Numbered from the stretch's first letter, positions 12,960-25,920 are shown. The stretch is DNA of 64,000 nt from Lama glama (GCA_028534125.1 CM052818.1:32242001-32306000); one strand, 5' to 3'. Notes: generated by a model from the letters alone, not told the origin. Translations and numbers: made by a program.

Positions 12960-13280
12960 AGATCACTCAGGGCCGTGGAGACTCAATGAAAGACTGAGTA
13001 GAATTGTCAGGAATCAGCAACGTATTGAAAACTGGGCAGGGGATGCTGGAAGAAAGGGGGTGGCTAAGATTGGCATGAGAGAAAATGGTGTCAGAAGTTG
13101 GGAACCTCAGTGACAAGGAGAGTGATGCCATTGAGAGAGATAAAAGGAGCATCAAAATGAGGAAAGAATAGGGAGAGATTTGATTGCCATGGAGTTGGAG
13201 CATGCCTGTGAACAGAAACTGAGGCTGGATAGACACCATGATTTCAGTTTTTTGGAGAGAATCTCTTGAAATAGAAGTCA
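12960..13280 (-). mobile_element. L2 fragment
   Basis: Purine-rich 'gggatgctggaagaaag...gagaaaatggtgtcagaag...gaggaaagaatagggagagatttgatt...tggagttgg' resembles antisense L2. Confidence 0.55.
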
Positions 13281-13952
13281 AAATTTAAAGCGTGAAGGAC
13301 ATTATCAAAATATTTAGGCTAATAAAAGCTGCTCTATCCAAAGACCACCTGCTGCTTCCTTATTTGATGTTCTTTTGTTGACATAATTGGCTCTTCTCAG
13401 TCTCTGTCAAATCAGAGGTTCTGGTATTGAGAAGTCAGTTTGACTCATGATCACTGATTTGGATAATTCTTTATGTGGGTCCAACATATATACATATGTG
13501 AATAGATTGAACATTTATCTTTTCATTATCTTGTTGACAGGATGCCTGATCCCTCACTCAGGTAGGTAGTGAGAAAAGCTTTCTTAGGAAAGCTTCTTAG
13601 CACCATCTGTACCTTCTCAGGTTTGTTACGGCTGGCTACTTCTAAGACACACTGGTCTGTGCCATTAATGGTGAGGCAATTACTGCAGTTTGTCAGTGCC
13701 AATTCATTTTGAGCCAGAACTTTTCATCTATAAGGATAGAAGGGAGAAATGTATGCTCATGGACCTATATTGCACTTACACCTCTAGTAAACTGGCGTTC
13801 TTTTAATCTGTATCTCCATAACTCCTCAGTTTCACCACAAAATATATCTGTTGACCCACCAACTCCTCAGCACTGGTCTAGATCAGCAGATCTCAAACTT
13901 TTTTGTCCCAGGATCACTTGAGTGTCTTAAAAATTATTAAGATTCCCCAAAG

Positions 13953-14091
13953 ATCACCCTGATACCAAAACCAGGCAAAGACACTACAAAAAAAGAGAAT
14001 TATAGGCCAATATCACTGATGAACATAGACGCCAAAATCCTCACCAAAATTTTAGCAAATAGAATCCAACAACACATAAAAAAGATTGTAC
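13953..14091 (+). mobile_element. Young L1 ORF2 (reverse transcriptase) fragment, 5'-truncated, continuing into the gap
   Basis: Open frame [46 protein letters not shown], near the L1 RT consensus, with no stops or frameshifts. Confidence 0.95.
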
Positions 14092-14591
14092 NNNNNNNNN
14101 NNNNNNNNNNNNNNNNNNNNNNNNNNNNNNNNNNNNNNNNNNNNNNNNNNNNNNNNNNNNNNNNNNNNNNNNNNNNNNNNNNNNNNNNNNNNNNNNNNNN
14201 NNNNNNNNNNNNNNNNNNNNNNNNNNNNNNNNNNNNNNNNNNNNNNNNNNNNNNNNNNNNNNNNNNNNNNNNNNNNNNNNNNNNNNNNNNNNNNNNNNNN
14301 NNNNNNNNNNNNNNNNNNNNNNNNNNNNNNNNNNNNNNNNNNNNNNNNNNNNNNNNNNNNNNNNNNNNNNNNNNNNNNNNNNNNNNNNNNNNNNNNNNNN
14401 NNNNNNNNNNNNNNNNNNNNNNNNNNNNNNNNNNNNNNNNNNNNNNNNNNNNNNNNNNNNNNNNNNNNNNNNNNNNNNNNNNNNNNNNNNNNNNNNNNNN
14501 NNNNNNNNNNNNNNNNNNNNNNNNNNNNNNNNNNNNNNNNNNNNNNNNNNNNNNNNNNNNNNNNNNNNNNNNNNNNNNNNNNNNNNNNNNN
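14092..14591. other. Assembly gap (500 N)
   Basis: Run of exactly 500 n. Confidence 1.
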
Positions 14592-15089
14592 AATCTACTG
14601 AGTTTATCATACTATTATTAAACTGAGAAATTAAAAAATATTTATCTATTAATTCATTTTTCCATAATAATGAATCCATTACATGTAAACGTAAATAATA
14701 TAGTCTAAGGAAAAGTAACCATTATTACCAAAAGTAAAACAAATTTAGTAAGAAAAGTGTCATTGTCATACATTTTTTTGTAAATCTTTTTACTGTCTGG
14801 CTTAGTAGAAGTCATATAATTTCTGGAAAAATCTAAAATATACTCATGAAAGAATGACAGTTGAAAAGGCAAGTAATATCAAAATATAATTATGAAAATA
14901 GTTATGCCCTTGCAGATCCCCTGGAATACACTCAGGAACCCCCAGGATCTCTGATCCACACTTGGAGAAACACTGGTGTAGCTGATCGGCTTTCACTCTA
15001 CAAAAGAGTGAGAGGATTCCAAGTTCTGGTCTTCAACCAGGCTCTTCTCTTTAAATGATCCTCTTAGCTTTTAAAATCAGAATTGAGAG

Positions 15090-15724
15090 TGTGTTTGAAC
15101 TCTTCCAAGTGTCAGAAATTTAAGGTAAGCTAATTCAGGTGAAAAAGGAAGATTAATTGTCTCATGTACCTGGAAAGTCTTAAAATACTAGGACTAGGCT
15201 ATAGATTCCACCCTGTCGAGGGTCTCCAAAATTCCCTAGAAAAGCGATTAGAGGGCTAGTTAGTTCACTGCCATACCCTTAAGGCCAAGAATAGTTCTAA
15301 CCACATGATACATACTTAATATATGCTTGCTAATTAATTAAACAATAGATTAAATACTGCTAGCAGGACTCTTATTTTCATCCCTCAACTCTGCCTCTTA
15401 TTTTTTTCTGTTATCACTCAGACTCTCTGGCAGCTCTGGTCAAATATGCTTCTCAGTGCTCAGAATACTAGAGAAGTCATCTTTTCCTTAACACAGCATC
15501 CATATTATTCCCCAGAAAGGAAAATTACTTGGCCCTTCTTGGGCCATGTGTCCAAGTCGACTCAATTATTGTATGTGGGGGGAATGGGTATTACCAGCTT
15601 AGAAAGGGAAGGGGTGGGGGTGATTATTAACAGCTCCAGCAGAATCAAATCAAGTGAAACTATGCCATTTCCCAAAAAGAAGAAACACCAAGCATACATC
15701 ACACAAAATTACAGATGTCCACTA
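15090..15724 (-). mobile_element. Old MaLR LTR (MLT1I/J-like), with a probable L2 fragment inside
   Basis: 'aagattaattgtctcatgtacctggaaagtc...cttggcccttcttgggccatgtgtcc...tttcccaaaaag...acagatgtccacta'. Confidence 0.6.
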
Positions 15725-16547
15725 AAGATATCATAATAACCTATCAACACAGCTTATTTAATCAAGTATAAACTCAAATTATCAGATGTATAATGTGTGT
15801 GGTCTGGTCACTCAGTGATCCAAACAGAGAACTGTATGCTAGCCAAGTTAACAACTGGGTGATTGATTTGTGATTATTCGATTCAGATTTAGTCAGTGAC
15901 CTTCAGAACAAACTATTTGAAGTTTTTCTACCTCACTTTCATCAAATCTAAAATGTGTGAGAGCATTGCTCTCATGTGTCACACCATTCAGAAGCTATCA
16001 GTGACCACTTTTTGCCCATAAGAAACAATCTCAAACTCTCAAGCCCAAACCTTTCAGTCTAACACAGCGGTTCCATGGTTTTTGGCATTTTCAAAATTGA
16101 AAGACCCTTTTAATGACTCCCATGAAGTAGAAGTTAATTGTTTAGTCATAAATATTAATTGATTTAAAAACTATAAACATAATGACAGCAAGTCTTATCA
16201 ATTTAATAACACTTAAAATAAATTTGCAACATGAAAGCATCTACATGTATTTGAATATTGTTATACATATATTTGTGTGGCATATTTGACAGTTAGTCTC
16301 CAAATAAAGTTTGGGATGTGTGGTTTCCATGATTCTCTGGACATAGAATGACAACAGATATGAGAACTAAGATATCGACACTGTTAGATAGGTTTGGAGA
16401 TTCTTTTCTATGATCTGTGCTAATGTCTTCATGGTTTTCTAAAGAATAAGGAAGAAACTATTCATTTGGTGCCTTAGGACTATGAAAAGTTTCAAATTAG
16501 CTGAATTCTTTAAAATTCAGTTTAGTTCCACTATTAGCTATACTTGT

Positions 16548-18372
16548 TTTTACATCTTAGTGAGTTTTCTAGGGTTTTTAGTATTCATCTTAAAGTTATC
16601 AAAACCTACCTTCAAATAGTATTACTTTGTGTAAGATATATTATTGTATGACCAGTCTCCAACCCCCAACTTTTTTTGCTATTGTTGGTATACATTTTAA
16701 TTCTACATATGTTATAAGCCTCACAATACCTTGTTACTATTTTTGCTTTAAACAGTCAAATCTTTCAAAGGGATTGAAAAAGGAGGCAAATGTCTCTCAT
16801 ATTTGCCTACATATTTACCATTCCTGGCATTCTTAATTCCTTTGTGTAGATCCAAATTTCCATCTAGTATTTTCCTTCTGCTTGGAGCACTTCCTTTAAC
16901 ATGTCTCACAGTGAAAGTCTCTATCAGCTTTTGTTTGCCTGCAGAACTTTTTGTTTTGTCGTCACGTTTTAAAAAGTGTTTTTGCTTAATACAGAATTCA
17001 GAGGCGACAGTTTTTTCTTTCAACACCGTAAAGATGTTGCTCTGTTGTCTTCTAACATGGTTTTGAACAAAGAGCTGGCTGCCACTCTTATGTTTGCTTC
17101 CCTATATATAATGCATCCTTCTCTGGATGCTTTAAACATTTTTTTTTAATCATTGGCTTTAAGCGATTTGATTATGATAGGTCTTGATGTGACTTTATGT
17201 TTCTTCAGATTGGGGTTCATTGAGCATCTTGGGTCTGTAGATTTATAGTTTTCAACATATTTGGAAATCTTTCTGCTATTATTTCTTCAAATAGTTATTC
17301 ACTTTTCTAGGACTCCAATTACACACATGTTGGATTAGACTGTTTGGTAACAGTCCATAGATCACTGACACACTGTTAATTTTTTTCAGTCATTTTCTCT
17401 TTGAGCTTCATTTTGGATAGTTTTACCCTGCTTTACATCACTGAACATATTTATAAGATTTATAATAGCTGTTTTAAAATCATTGTCTACTAATTCTATT
17501 ATCTCTATCACTTCTGGGTCTGTTTCACTGATTAATTTTCCTCTTGATTATAGGTCATAATTTCTGCTTTGAATGCCTAGTAATTTTTGGTGGGATGTTG
17601 GACATTGTGAATTTACGTTGTTGGGGGATGGATATTTGATATAGTCCTTTAAAGAGTGTTGGATTTTGTTCTGTTGTGCAGTTTAGTAACTTGCAGATCA
17701 GTTTGATCCTTTCAAGGATTTAAGTTTTGCTGTGACAGGTTCAGAGTGATCTTTATTCTGAGACTATTTTAAACGTATTACTACTAAAGTGTGATTCTTC
17801 TGAGTACACTAATGAATGGTAGGTATTACTGAATTTCTCCACTCTGGTTGGTTGGGACACAGACTACACATAGCCTTGACTCCAGGAATTGTTTAGCATA
17901 TTGCTTCCTGGTGCTTCTTTTCTTGTCCTCTGATGGTTTTCTCACATGCAGGCATAAATTAGTACTCAACCAAAGGGGACTCCTCTGCAGATTTCCAGGG
18001 TGTTCATTGTTCATTTATTATCTCTCTGTCTGTCCCTCTTTCCCCAGTTTTCTCCCTGGTATCTTGCCTGAAAACCATAGCTACTTTGGCCTCCCCAAAC
18101 TTCCATCTCTGCCTCCACTCAGCAAAGTCAACATGTTCTGTTTGGGTTTGCTGTCTCTGAACTGTAACCTGAAAGCAGCTTCCAGGCAATAAGCTGGGGA
18201 AATTGTAAGGCCTATCTCATTTCTTTCCTTTCTGTCATGTACCACAGTCTTGGGCTGTCTGTTGTCTAGTATCTGAAACCTACCACTTTATATGGTTTCA
18301 GGTTTCCTAGTTGTTTATGACAGGAGGCCAACCCCTGTAGCAGTTAATCCTCATGGGAAGAAGTGGAACTCT
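16548..18372 (-). mobile_element. Old L1M 5' portion (ORF1 / 5' region)
   Basis: ORF 16748-17026(-) resembles a degenerate ORF1p C-terminus; also 'gattggggttcattgagcatcttgggtctgtagatttatagttttcaacatatttggaaa', 'attatttcttcaaata' and 'ggactccaattacacacatgttgga'. Confidence 0.85.
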
Positions 18373-18767
18373 CCATAAGGAGCTTTGAATAAACTAAAGC
18401 AACAACAGACTTTTACATTAAAAACTTTTTTTCAGTATTAAAAATACTACAACCTGCCATTGTGGATCTCTGAACAACAGTCATCACTCTCCCTGGTATT
18501 TCAAATGAGTATTTGGAATACTTCTGCTTGCTGCACAAGTCAATCCAAAACAAGGGAATGCATAAGTACTAATTTTCTTGAATATTTCGCACTTACAAAA
18601 GAAATGAGCATCTCAGTTATCCTGTAAAACTCCATCTGAAGTCTCAAAGAAGCAAATAAAATTATCATTCATTACATGTTTTTGGTTTATTGTTGATAGC
18701 ATGTTAGTTTTAGGTCAGATTTATAGTGTAGATGTTTATGTTTATGTTATATGACTACTTTGATTAT

Positions 18768-19040
18768 ACAGTAAACCCAAATATGCTATAATATGTTCAG
18801 TATATTTATTCCCATTTTATAGGAGTTGGAATATCATTTTATTATTTGAAATGATGTTACATTTTGCTCTTGAGCCTTGTTATTAGCCATATTTATAATT
18901 AATTGGATCCTACATCTTTGGTTAGGAGCACAACCCTTTTATGCCATAATTCCTATGGGGGAAATAGGAATCATTTTATAATGATTTGCTTTATAACACA
19001 GTTTTCAGGAACATATTGTAGCAAAAAGTAGCCTTTGCTT
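18768..19040. mobile_element. Possible Tigger-type DNA transposon remnant
   Basis: 'tacagtaaaccc...' and 'ataatgatttgctttataacacagttttcaggaacata' resemble Tigger termini; weak match. Confidence 0.35.
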
Positions 19041-19551
19041 TAAACAGCATTAGTTTAACTCTTGCATTGCTCCTCAGCATGGTACGTGTATATGTCTTAT
19101 CTCCACAACTAGGTAATAATGTGCTGAAAACAAAAATCAAGTATTGTAGCTTTTGCATATACAATGCCTTACATGATAGGAAAACAGCATGGTGTAATGT
19201 TATTTTATTTTAAACTATTTTTAATCACAGACCCTTTCTTTAAATTTTGTTTTGAATAAAGTTCAATTTATAAAATAGATTAATAAGAATTCTTCTGGCT
19301 GAAGTGGGATAAGGAGCTCAGACCCCTTACTCCTGGATTCCTTTCACTTCTATTGCAGGATAGTCACTGGAGCCCCTTCATAGTAGACTGAAGGCTACAG
19401 AGTGGATGGTTCAGGATTTAGAATCAGTCTGTCTGAATTTAAGTCTTGGGCCCATTACTTACTCAGCAGAGAGATTTTTAAGCAAGTAAATTAACCCTCT
19501 CTGTGGCTATTTTCTATAAAACAAGGATTTGAATCATTATAACACCTCTGG

Positions 19552-20100
19552 ATCAGTTAGGGATGCTTTTAGCCAAAGTGACAGACAAAATCTAATTTAA
19601 AGTGGCAAAAAAAACCAACAAAAAACCCCAGAGATTTCTTTTTCTCACTTAAGAACAAGTTCAGATGTATGCAGTTGTGAGGAGCTTTTTCACAACTTCA
19701 GTAATACTGTGGGACACCCTAGCTCTTTTCATCTTTCTCTTCCACCATATTTAGCGTTTTGATTTTATCCTTACTTTTGTTGCTTTAAGGTCACAAGATA
19801 GCTATTCATATAGGAGTTTCAGAAAAAAAGAAGGGACAGGCATTCACCTCAGTAAGTTGTTTTTTAGCTCAGGAAGGGAAATACTCCCCTGCATAGTTCT
19901 TTTTATGTCTCATTAGCTGGAACATGCCCATCCTTTGCCAGTCAGTTGCCTAAAATAATGAGTTTGGGCCAATCAAAACATTTTCCCTGGATAAGATGGG
20001 GAACCCATCTTCCCAGGTTTCATAGGACATCCAGCCCAACACATGAATGCATCAGGATTCTGTTGGCAAGGAGAGACTCACTGGTGTCTGTATGTCTGCC
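19552..20100 (-). mobile_element. Old MaLR LTR (MLT1J/K/L-like)
   Basis: 'cagttagggatgcttttagcc...tctcacttaagaacaagttcaga...ggtcacaagatagct...tatgtctcattagctggaacatgcccatcc...caggattctgttggcaagga'. Confidence 0.7.
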
Positions 20101-21199
20101 CCTATACCTACCTGATGGAGTTAGATGGCTGCTGTGGTCTTCAAATGAAGGTGTGTGTGGAAGTGACTTCCAAACTGTAAAAGCACTATCCAAATGAGAT
20201 TCTTCATTATGTTAACTTCCTGGTGAATGTTTGAGAAGTGAATGGGAAAATTTCAGTAGAGAATAAGAATGGCATTGAAAGTCCTGAGTCAGTGATCATC
20301 AAAATATACCCCTCTAATGCCTATATTAGAAGGCATCAGATGGATTGATAATTAAAAATATAATTTAAAACTTATTAAAGCTGAACCTTTAGGTGGGTCG
20401 CAAAAACCTATATTTTAAAACATTTCCCAATAACCTTAAGCCTCTTAAAATGGAGAACCATGGCCCTGCATGATGGAGACAACAAGGTAAGGTAGGACCA
20501 GGTATTCTTGAGTACATGTGCACATACAGTGGGTACTTTAAGGCACAAGAGAAGGGAAAACCAACAAAGGAGCAAACTGCTGAATAACAACCATACCTTC
20601 TCTGAAGCAAACGCCAAACACAATGTAAGCACTCAGTAACGCTGGCAACTTTTATTATTATTGACAATTTTCTCCAGCACCAGGAGACTTAGATCTAAAT
20701 GGATGCCTCAGTTATGGTTCAATTGTTCAGTCACCGTCTGTGAAATGAAGCCACTATCGCCCAAGCCTGCTAGTGGTAGACACCATTGAAGTCTCCTAAT
20801 TCAATCTGCAGGGAACAATAGGAAGTTTCCAGTGCATTCTGAGGTCAATAAGAAATTTCAAGCCTCAAGATTGTTTTGAAGGTATTTGCAAGACTGATGT
20901 AGTATCTTTAAAGTGTATATGGTCCCTCAAAAAAGGACGGCCTAAAACAAATTCAAGCTGTAATGATTAGTGGCATCTCCTTAGCCCAGAGTGTTGGGAA
21001 GGGCAGATGATAAATTACTACAAAACCCTTGACAGAAATGCTGAAAAGGTCTATATAACATAACCACGTAGCATGTCTGAAGCTAAGTATTTGGATGTGT
21101 TTGAGTAGATGCTTTCCTGATTGATTGTGATACAGACTAATATATGATCATTGTAGGCTGTGTGTCCCAGGTTGCATAACTGGACCTGAAATGATTGTC

Positions 21200-21348
21200 A
21201 AATACAAAAAACATAAATATAAATATGTTTATATATGTGTGTGCATGTATGTCCATATATGTATACACACAGACACACTATATATGTGTTGAGACACATA
21301 TACATACATATATGTATATATTTAAATTTATTTGTATACATACACACA
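21200..21348. repeat. (TA/CA/TG)n low-complexity tract
   Basis: Mixed dinucleotide run visible directly. Confidence 0.8.
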
Positions 21349-22939
21349 TTGTAAAAATACTGTAGGAGCCACATGATCAACATGGTTATTGTTTTAAGAA
21401 AGCAGATTGCAAATCTCCATTTGTCATTCTTTGAACCTTTTTCCTACAAGCCAAGCACACCTCTAGGGCTTGCAGAAAGGCTATTTCTAAGCATAGCATC
21501 TGAGACCTTCCTAAAGTTTCTAACAGGTTGATAGTACCTTTAAGATGCTGAACAGTTAGGAGGGGGCGGGAGAGATATGTGTGGAAATGGGTTTTTTTCA
21601 CATTGAACAAGGCATCTAACCTTGCTCAAGGAGGAATAATGTATATAAAGCACCTAGTGCAATCTAAACCACTGTTATTTTTACTTTTACTCTCCTCTGT
21701 ACTTAGATGTGATAGGTTTGAAGAAGTGATTTGAGCCTAAGCTTCCTGATTTATAGTGTTCAAAGGCACCACCTGAGAAAAAGAGGGACAGTCCCTGCCT
21801 GACCTAGCCAGGTATGCCGTAGGGCTCAGGGCCTGGCCTGGGCTCCTTTTGGAAGAGTTCTCCCTGATACATGCAAGCTGAAACCTGTTCTCCAACACGG
21901 AGGCCACAGATGCACCGAAAGTTGGATTTGGAAGAAGCCTTAGAGAAGCACTCTTTGTCACCATCCTTTAGAAGTCCCTTTCTAGCCAGCAGAAAACCCC
22001 TTCCCATTCCTGCCTCACACAAAGGCTGCCCTCTAGTTTACCTCCTCATCCTGTTTCCAAAGGTCACCTGAGCATAAGTAGGCAGGTGTGGTGACTCCCC
22101 ACCCAGAAACACCATTCAGGGAGGTGGGTGAGATTCTGATTCCTACACCTAAGCTGGTGCTAAAATGTTTGTTGGCCCAGTGAACTCGGTAGGTAAGGAT
22201 GCTTTCCTTCATTTTTGAGACCTAAAAAGGTATTTCTCCCTTCCTGCTTTAAACTCAAGGGATAATAATATATATAGAAGCTTCTGAATTCCCATTTCTC
22301 TTCTCTTGGTCAGTCAAGTGGTTTTTGACCTTGTTGAGACTAAGGTTTCCTCTGAGGACATCATGCATGTTTCTTTCTGCAGCCAATAGATCGTTTTGAT
22401 TGTAGAGCTAACAAACAGTTCTTATGTGAAAATTCAGAGTGAAAGAGAGAGAGACAGACAGAAAGACAATGAAATAGAAGCCGTGAGGGAGAGAAATAAA
22501 TAGTAGATTCTGAGGTTTAAGTAATTAGCATGGCATATACAACTTTTGTATCTCCCTGGCACACAGGACAACCGGAGTCTCTGGCGGGAGAGCAGACACC
22601 TTACCACTCTCCTGGGTAAAATAGGGCTTCCATATCTTTGTCATCTGACAGATGGCACAGCTAAAGCTCACACAGGGCAAATGCCTTGACTGAGGTCCCA
22701 CAGCTAATAATATGAGAGGCAAGAAAGGACCCCAGTCTGCTGACAGGCCCCCTGGGCTTCTGCACTGTTGCTCCAACACTTTGTGAAAGACAGTGGCCAA
22801 TGCCCCTTTCTCTTAAAGTCTAGTCTACCACACCTGCTAACACCTTTTATTAGCAGCATTAAAGATGGAGCAAAGCCATGTCAAGTTTAGAATAGATGAT
22901 ATCTAAGACCCTTTTCAAGAGCTTTGGATGAGAGGGGGC

Positions 22940-23130
22940 TGGGCTTGAGTTTCTGGCTTTACAACTTGAGTCTGTGTAAATGAGGACCTGTCATTTCACT
23001 CTCTGAGCTTTATCTTCCTCATCTCTGAAGCAGATATATTAACTTAATTTCAAAGGGTTTTTATTGTGAACAGCCAAGGAAGTATATAACTAGATGCCAG
23101 GCTCACAATTAGTCATTGATGTATAGAATT
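22940..23130 (+). mobile_element. MIR SINE
   Basis: 'ctgggcttgagtttctggcttt...tcatttcactctctgagctttatcttcctcatctctgaa'. Confidence 0.7.
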
Positions 23131-23931
23131 AAAATAATATTCACTAATGGAAATTCATGTCTTCTACTGGAAAGACACCCCAAATTTTGAGCCCTTCTTG
23201 TGTCCTTAAAATTGGAGGCCAGCACAGCACATAATTTTATATGTCCTGCACTTGAAAATAAATTCAGTCCTGTAGGTCATCCCAGGATAGGCCATTTCAC
23301 TGAATTAATTTTGCTCCAATTTCCAACAGTCTATAGAGACTTGCTTACCTAAGCCCTCAGGACCAGACCTTAGACTCTGCCAGTTTCATTCAGCATCCAA
23401 AGTTATTAACCTGCCCACCAAAAGCTGGAGAAGTCTCGTGGGAGAGCATTGCATGTGTTAATCCAACCATTGCATTTAATTCAAGTCATTAACTACTTTA
23501 ATTAAATCGAATTCAATAAATGTGTATTGAACACCTAGAATGCAGCATGTGCACTAGGTTCTGGGAACACGAAGATAAATAGCCACAGCCCCTGCTTGAG
23601 GGAGATCCCCAAGCCTTTATTTAATCTATGACATGGAACAGGTGCTGTGAATGAGCCTTTTCCTTGAGAACCTTAACAGGGCTGTTATGCTTCATGATTT
23701 CTTCAAGGGACACCTCAAGTCTTCCCAAAGCCACACACTCCCTTCTTCCCGCACTTCCTCCATCTCTTCTTCCTCCTTTCTCTCCCTCTTCCCCTTAAGC
23801 ATTTCCTCCCTTCCTCTATTCCATCCTTTTATCTTCCTTATAATTAGCTAATATCTGCTTTGTATAAGATACTGTTTTAGAACAGGACAGATAAGCCCCT
23901 GCTCTCAAAAAACTTATATTTTTTTAGAAAA

Positions 23932-24580
23932 ATATTTTATTCTAAAATAATTTTAGACTTACATAAAAGTTGTAAAAATAGTACAGAATTCCTATATACC
24001 CTTCATCTAACTTCCCCTTTTGCCAATATCTTATATAACTATAGTATAAATATTAAAACCAGGAAATTAACATTGATGCATTTCTATTAGCAATCCTGCA
24101 GATATTATTAAGATTTTTTTCCAGTTTTCCTACTGGATTTTCTGTCCAGGACTAACATAGCTTCCTGTATCATGTTTAGTTAGCATGTTTCCTTATTTTT
24201 CTCCAGCCTGTGACAATCTTTCAGTCTTTGTCTGTCACGACCTTGATACTTTTGAATAGAACTGGTCAGGTATTCTGTGGAGTGTCACTCAGTTTGAGGT
24301 TTTCTAATGTCTCATGCTTAGATTGAGGTTCTACATTATTGGGAGGATATTACAGAAGTGATGTATCCTCAGTACATCCTATTAAAGAGGTACATGGTGT
24401 CAAAATGTTTTGTTATTGATGTTATAAATCCCAAGTTACACTTGGAGAAGTCAACACTTGGTGAGGGTGCTGTCTGATAGTTTTCTCCTCTGTGATTAAT
24501 TAGTATCTTGTTGGGAGATATTTTGAGACTATGCAATATCCTCTTTCTCATCATGCTTTCACCCACTGGTTTTATTGCAA
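23932..24580 (-). mobile_element. L1MC-type 3' end nested in an L2
   Basis: 'ttttattctaaaataattttagacttacataaaagttgtaaaaatagtacaga...aaaaccaggaaattaacattg...gatattttgagactatgcaatatcctctttctcatc'. Confidence 0.85.
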
Positions 24581-24604
24581 ATTTTTTTTTTTTTTTGAGT
24601 GCTT

Positions 24605-25045
24605 CCTTACTCAAGAAGTTCATCTTTTATTAGGAGGAGTTAGATAATGAAATAAACTAATGAAATAAATTAGATCATTTTAGATAGTGAAAGGCTTGTA
24701 AAGAAAATGTAAGAAGGTAGAGTGACAGGAAGAGAAGTCTATTTTAGATGGCACATCAGAGACGTCCTTTCTAAGGAGGTGACATTTGAGTTTAGACCTG
24801 AATGACAAAAACCTTAGCTGAATGAGATCTGAGAGAAAAGCACTCTAGGCAGAGCACACAGTGAGAGCAAGAGCCTGGAAACCAGAACAAGCAAGGCCTG
24901 GTTGAGAGAAGGAAACAAGCCAGATGTGGCTAGAGTGAAGTGAGTAAGGGGTGAAGCAGTGGGGGCTGAGGATGCAGAGTTAGGGAGAACCAGGTCAGGT
25001 GAACCCTGAAGGCAGGGGAGCAAGTCTGAAATTTTCTAAGTGCAA
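24605..25045 (-). mobile_element. L2 LINE (continues the 23850-23920 piece)
   Basis: 'ttttagatagtga...ctaaggaggtgacatttgagtttagacctgaatgac...ctaggcagagcacacag...tgtggctagagtgaagtgag'. Confidence 0.85.
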
Positions 25046-25077
25046 GCACATCCTCCTTCATTCAATATGTTCTCTGC

Positions 25078-25293
25078 CAGTGTTGTCCCATAGCATATTC
25101 ACTAGCCACACCTGCTACTTAAATTTACATTTTCATTGGTTGAAATAAAATAAAATTGAAAATTTTAGTTCCTTGGTCACATTAGCCACATTTTAAGTGT
25201 TCAGCAGTCACAGTCGTGGCTAGTGACTACCCCATTGGATGACGCAGATACAGAACACTTCCATCATGGCAGAAAGTTCTGTTGGACAGCGCT
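25078..25293. mobile_element. MER3/MER33-type hAT-Charlie MITE
   Basis: Inverted termini CAGTGTTGTCC / GGACAGCGCT; internal 'cactagccaca', 'gtggctagtgactacc', 'catcatggcagaaagttctgttggacagc'. Confidence 0.85.
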
Positions 25294-25349
25294 CTCACGT
25301 ATGCCTTCTGGAGGCTATTCATTATTTTCATTTCTGTGGGCAGTAGATT

Positions 25350-25920
25350 TGAGTGAGTTACAGGCCCTGCTCTCCAGTAACTTTAAAGTTAGTAGACAAA
25401 TATGCAAATAAACACAATACCAGGTAGCATGCATTAAGACAACAGGCAGAACATAGTAAAAAATGCTGTTGGAGTTGGAAGAAGCACTTACACCTTAAAG
25501 ACCAGAAAAGGCTTCCAGAGAAGCAGTGCTTAGATGTCTAGAAAGATCTAGAAGGATGGGAAGATTTTGATGAGTTTGAGTTGAGAAAGTTTGGTGTGAG
25601 CTGAAATTTTGTAGACATAAAGTACCAGATAAGGATAATGGATAGTCTAGAATGGCTGGTATTTGGGTGTGTACATAGGAAAACGTGAGGGGAAGATTAG
25701 CAGGCAAGTGGACAGTATCGTGTGAACGGCCTTGATCCCAGGCTAAGGAGTTTTGTCTTTATCCCACAGGCAGTGATGGTTTTCTTTGCCAAAGGAGTAA
25801 CCTTACCAGCACTGTGCTTCAGGAAGGCTGGTCGGTCTGGGGTGTATGAGGTGGACTGTGGTTGGGGAGAGAAAGACTGCAGGAGGAGGGTTGGAAATCC
25901 ACTTGCAGTAGAGCACATGT
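25350..25920 (-). mobile_element. L2 LINE
   Basis: 'aaggcttccagagaag...aggctaaggagttttgtctttatcc...tgtgcttcaggaag...aaagactgcagg'. Confidence 0.7.

Larger units (their letters stand above)
8417..12960 (-). mobile_element. Old L1M LINE (3' UTR, part of ORF2, ORF1 end), interrupted by a SINE and an LTR
   Basis: Antisense L1 hallmarks ('ccaaagtggctgtaccaatttgcactccctccagcagtatatgaga', 'gagattttgattgggattgcatttaacctacagat'). ORF 11955-12212(-) reads CQPRIIYPVKTVFKNEGKIKTF, like the L1 ORF1p C-terminus; ORF 11059-11286(-) begins IDTEKAFDIIHHPFMIKTL, like the RT motif IDAEKAFDKIQHPFMIKTL. Confidence 0.92.
13884..14975. mobile_element. MER119-like hAT-Charlie DNA transposon, split by an L1 insertion and the gap
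   Basis: Ends CAGCAGATCTCAAAC...CTTGGAGAAACACTG are imperfect inverted termini. Flanking 8-mers GTCTAGAT / GTGTAGCT match 6/8 and fit the hAT NTCTAGAN target. Internal 'tcttaaaaattattaagattccccaaaga' and 'aattatgaaaatagttatgcccttgcagatcccctg' match the recalled consensus. Confidence 0.75.

Noticed and set aside
14019..14679. The three longest ORFs in the track (171-212 aa)
   Set aside because: Artefacts of reading through the 500-N gap; only the L1 RT portion is real.
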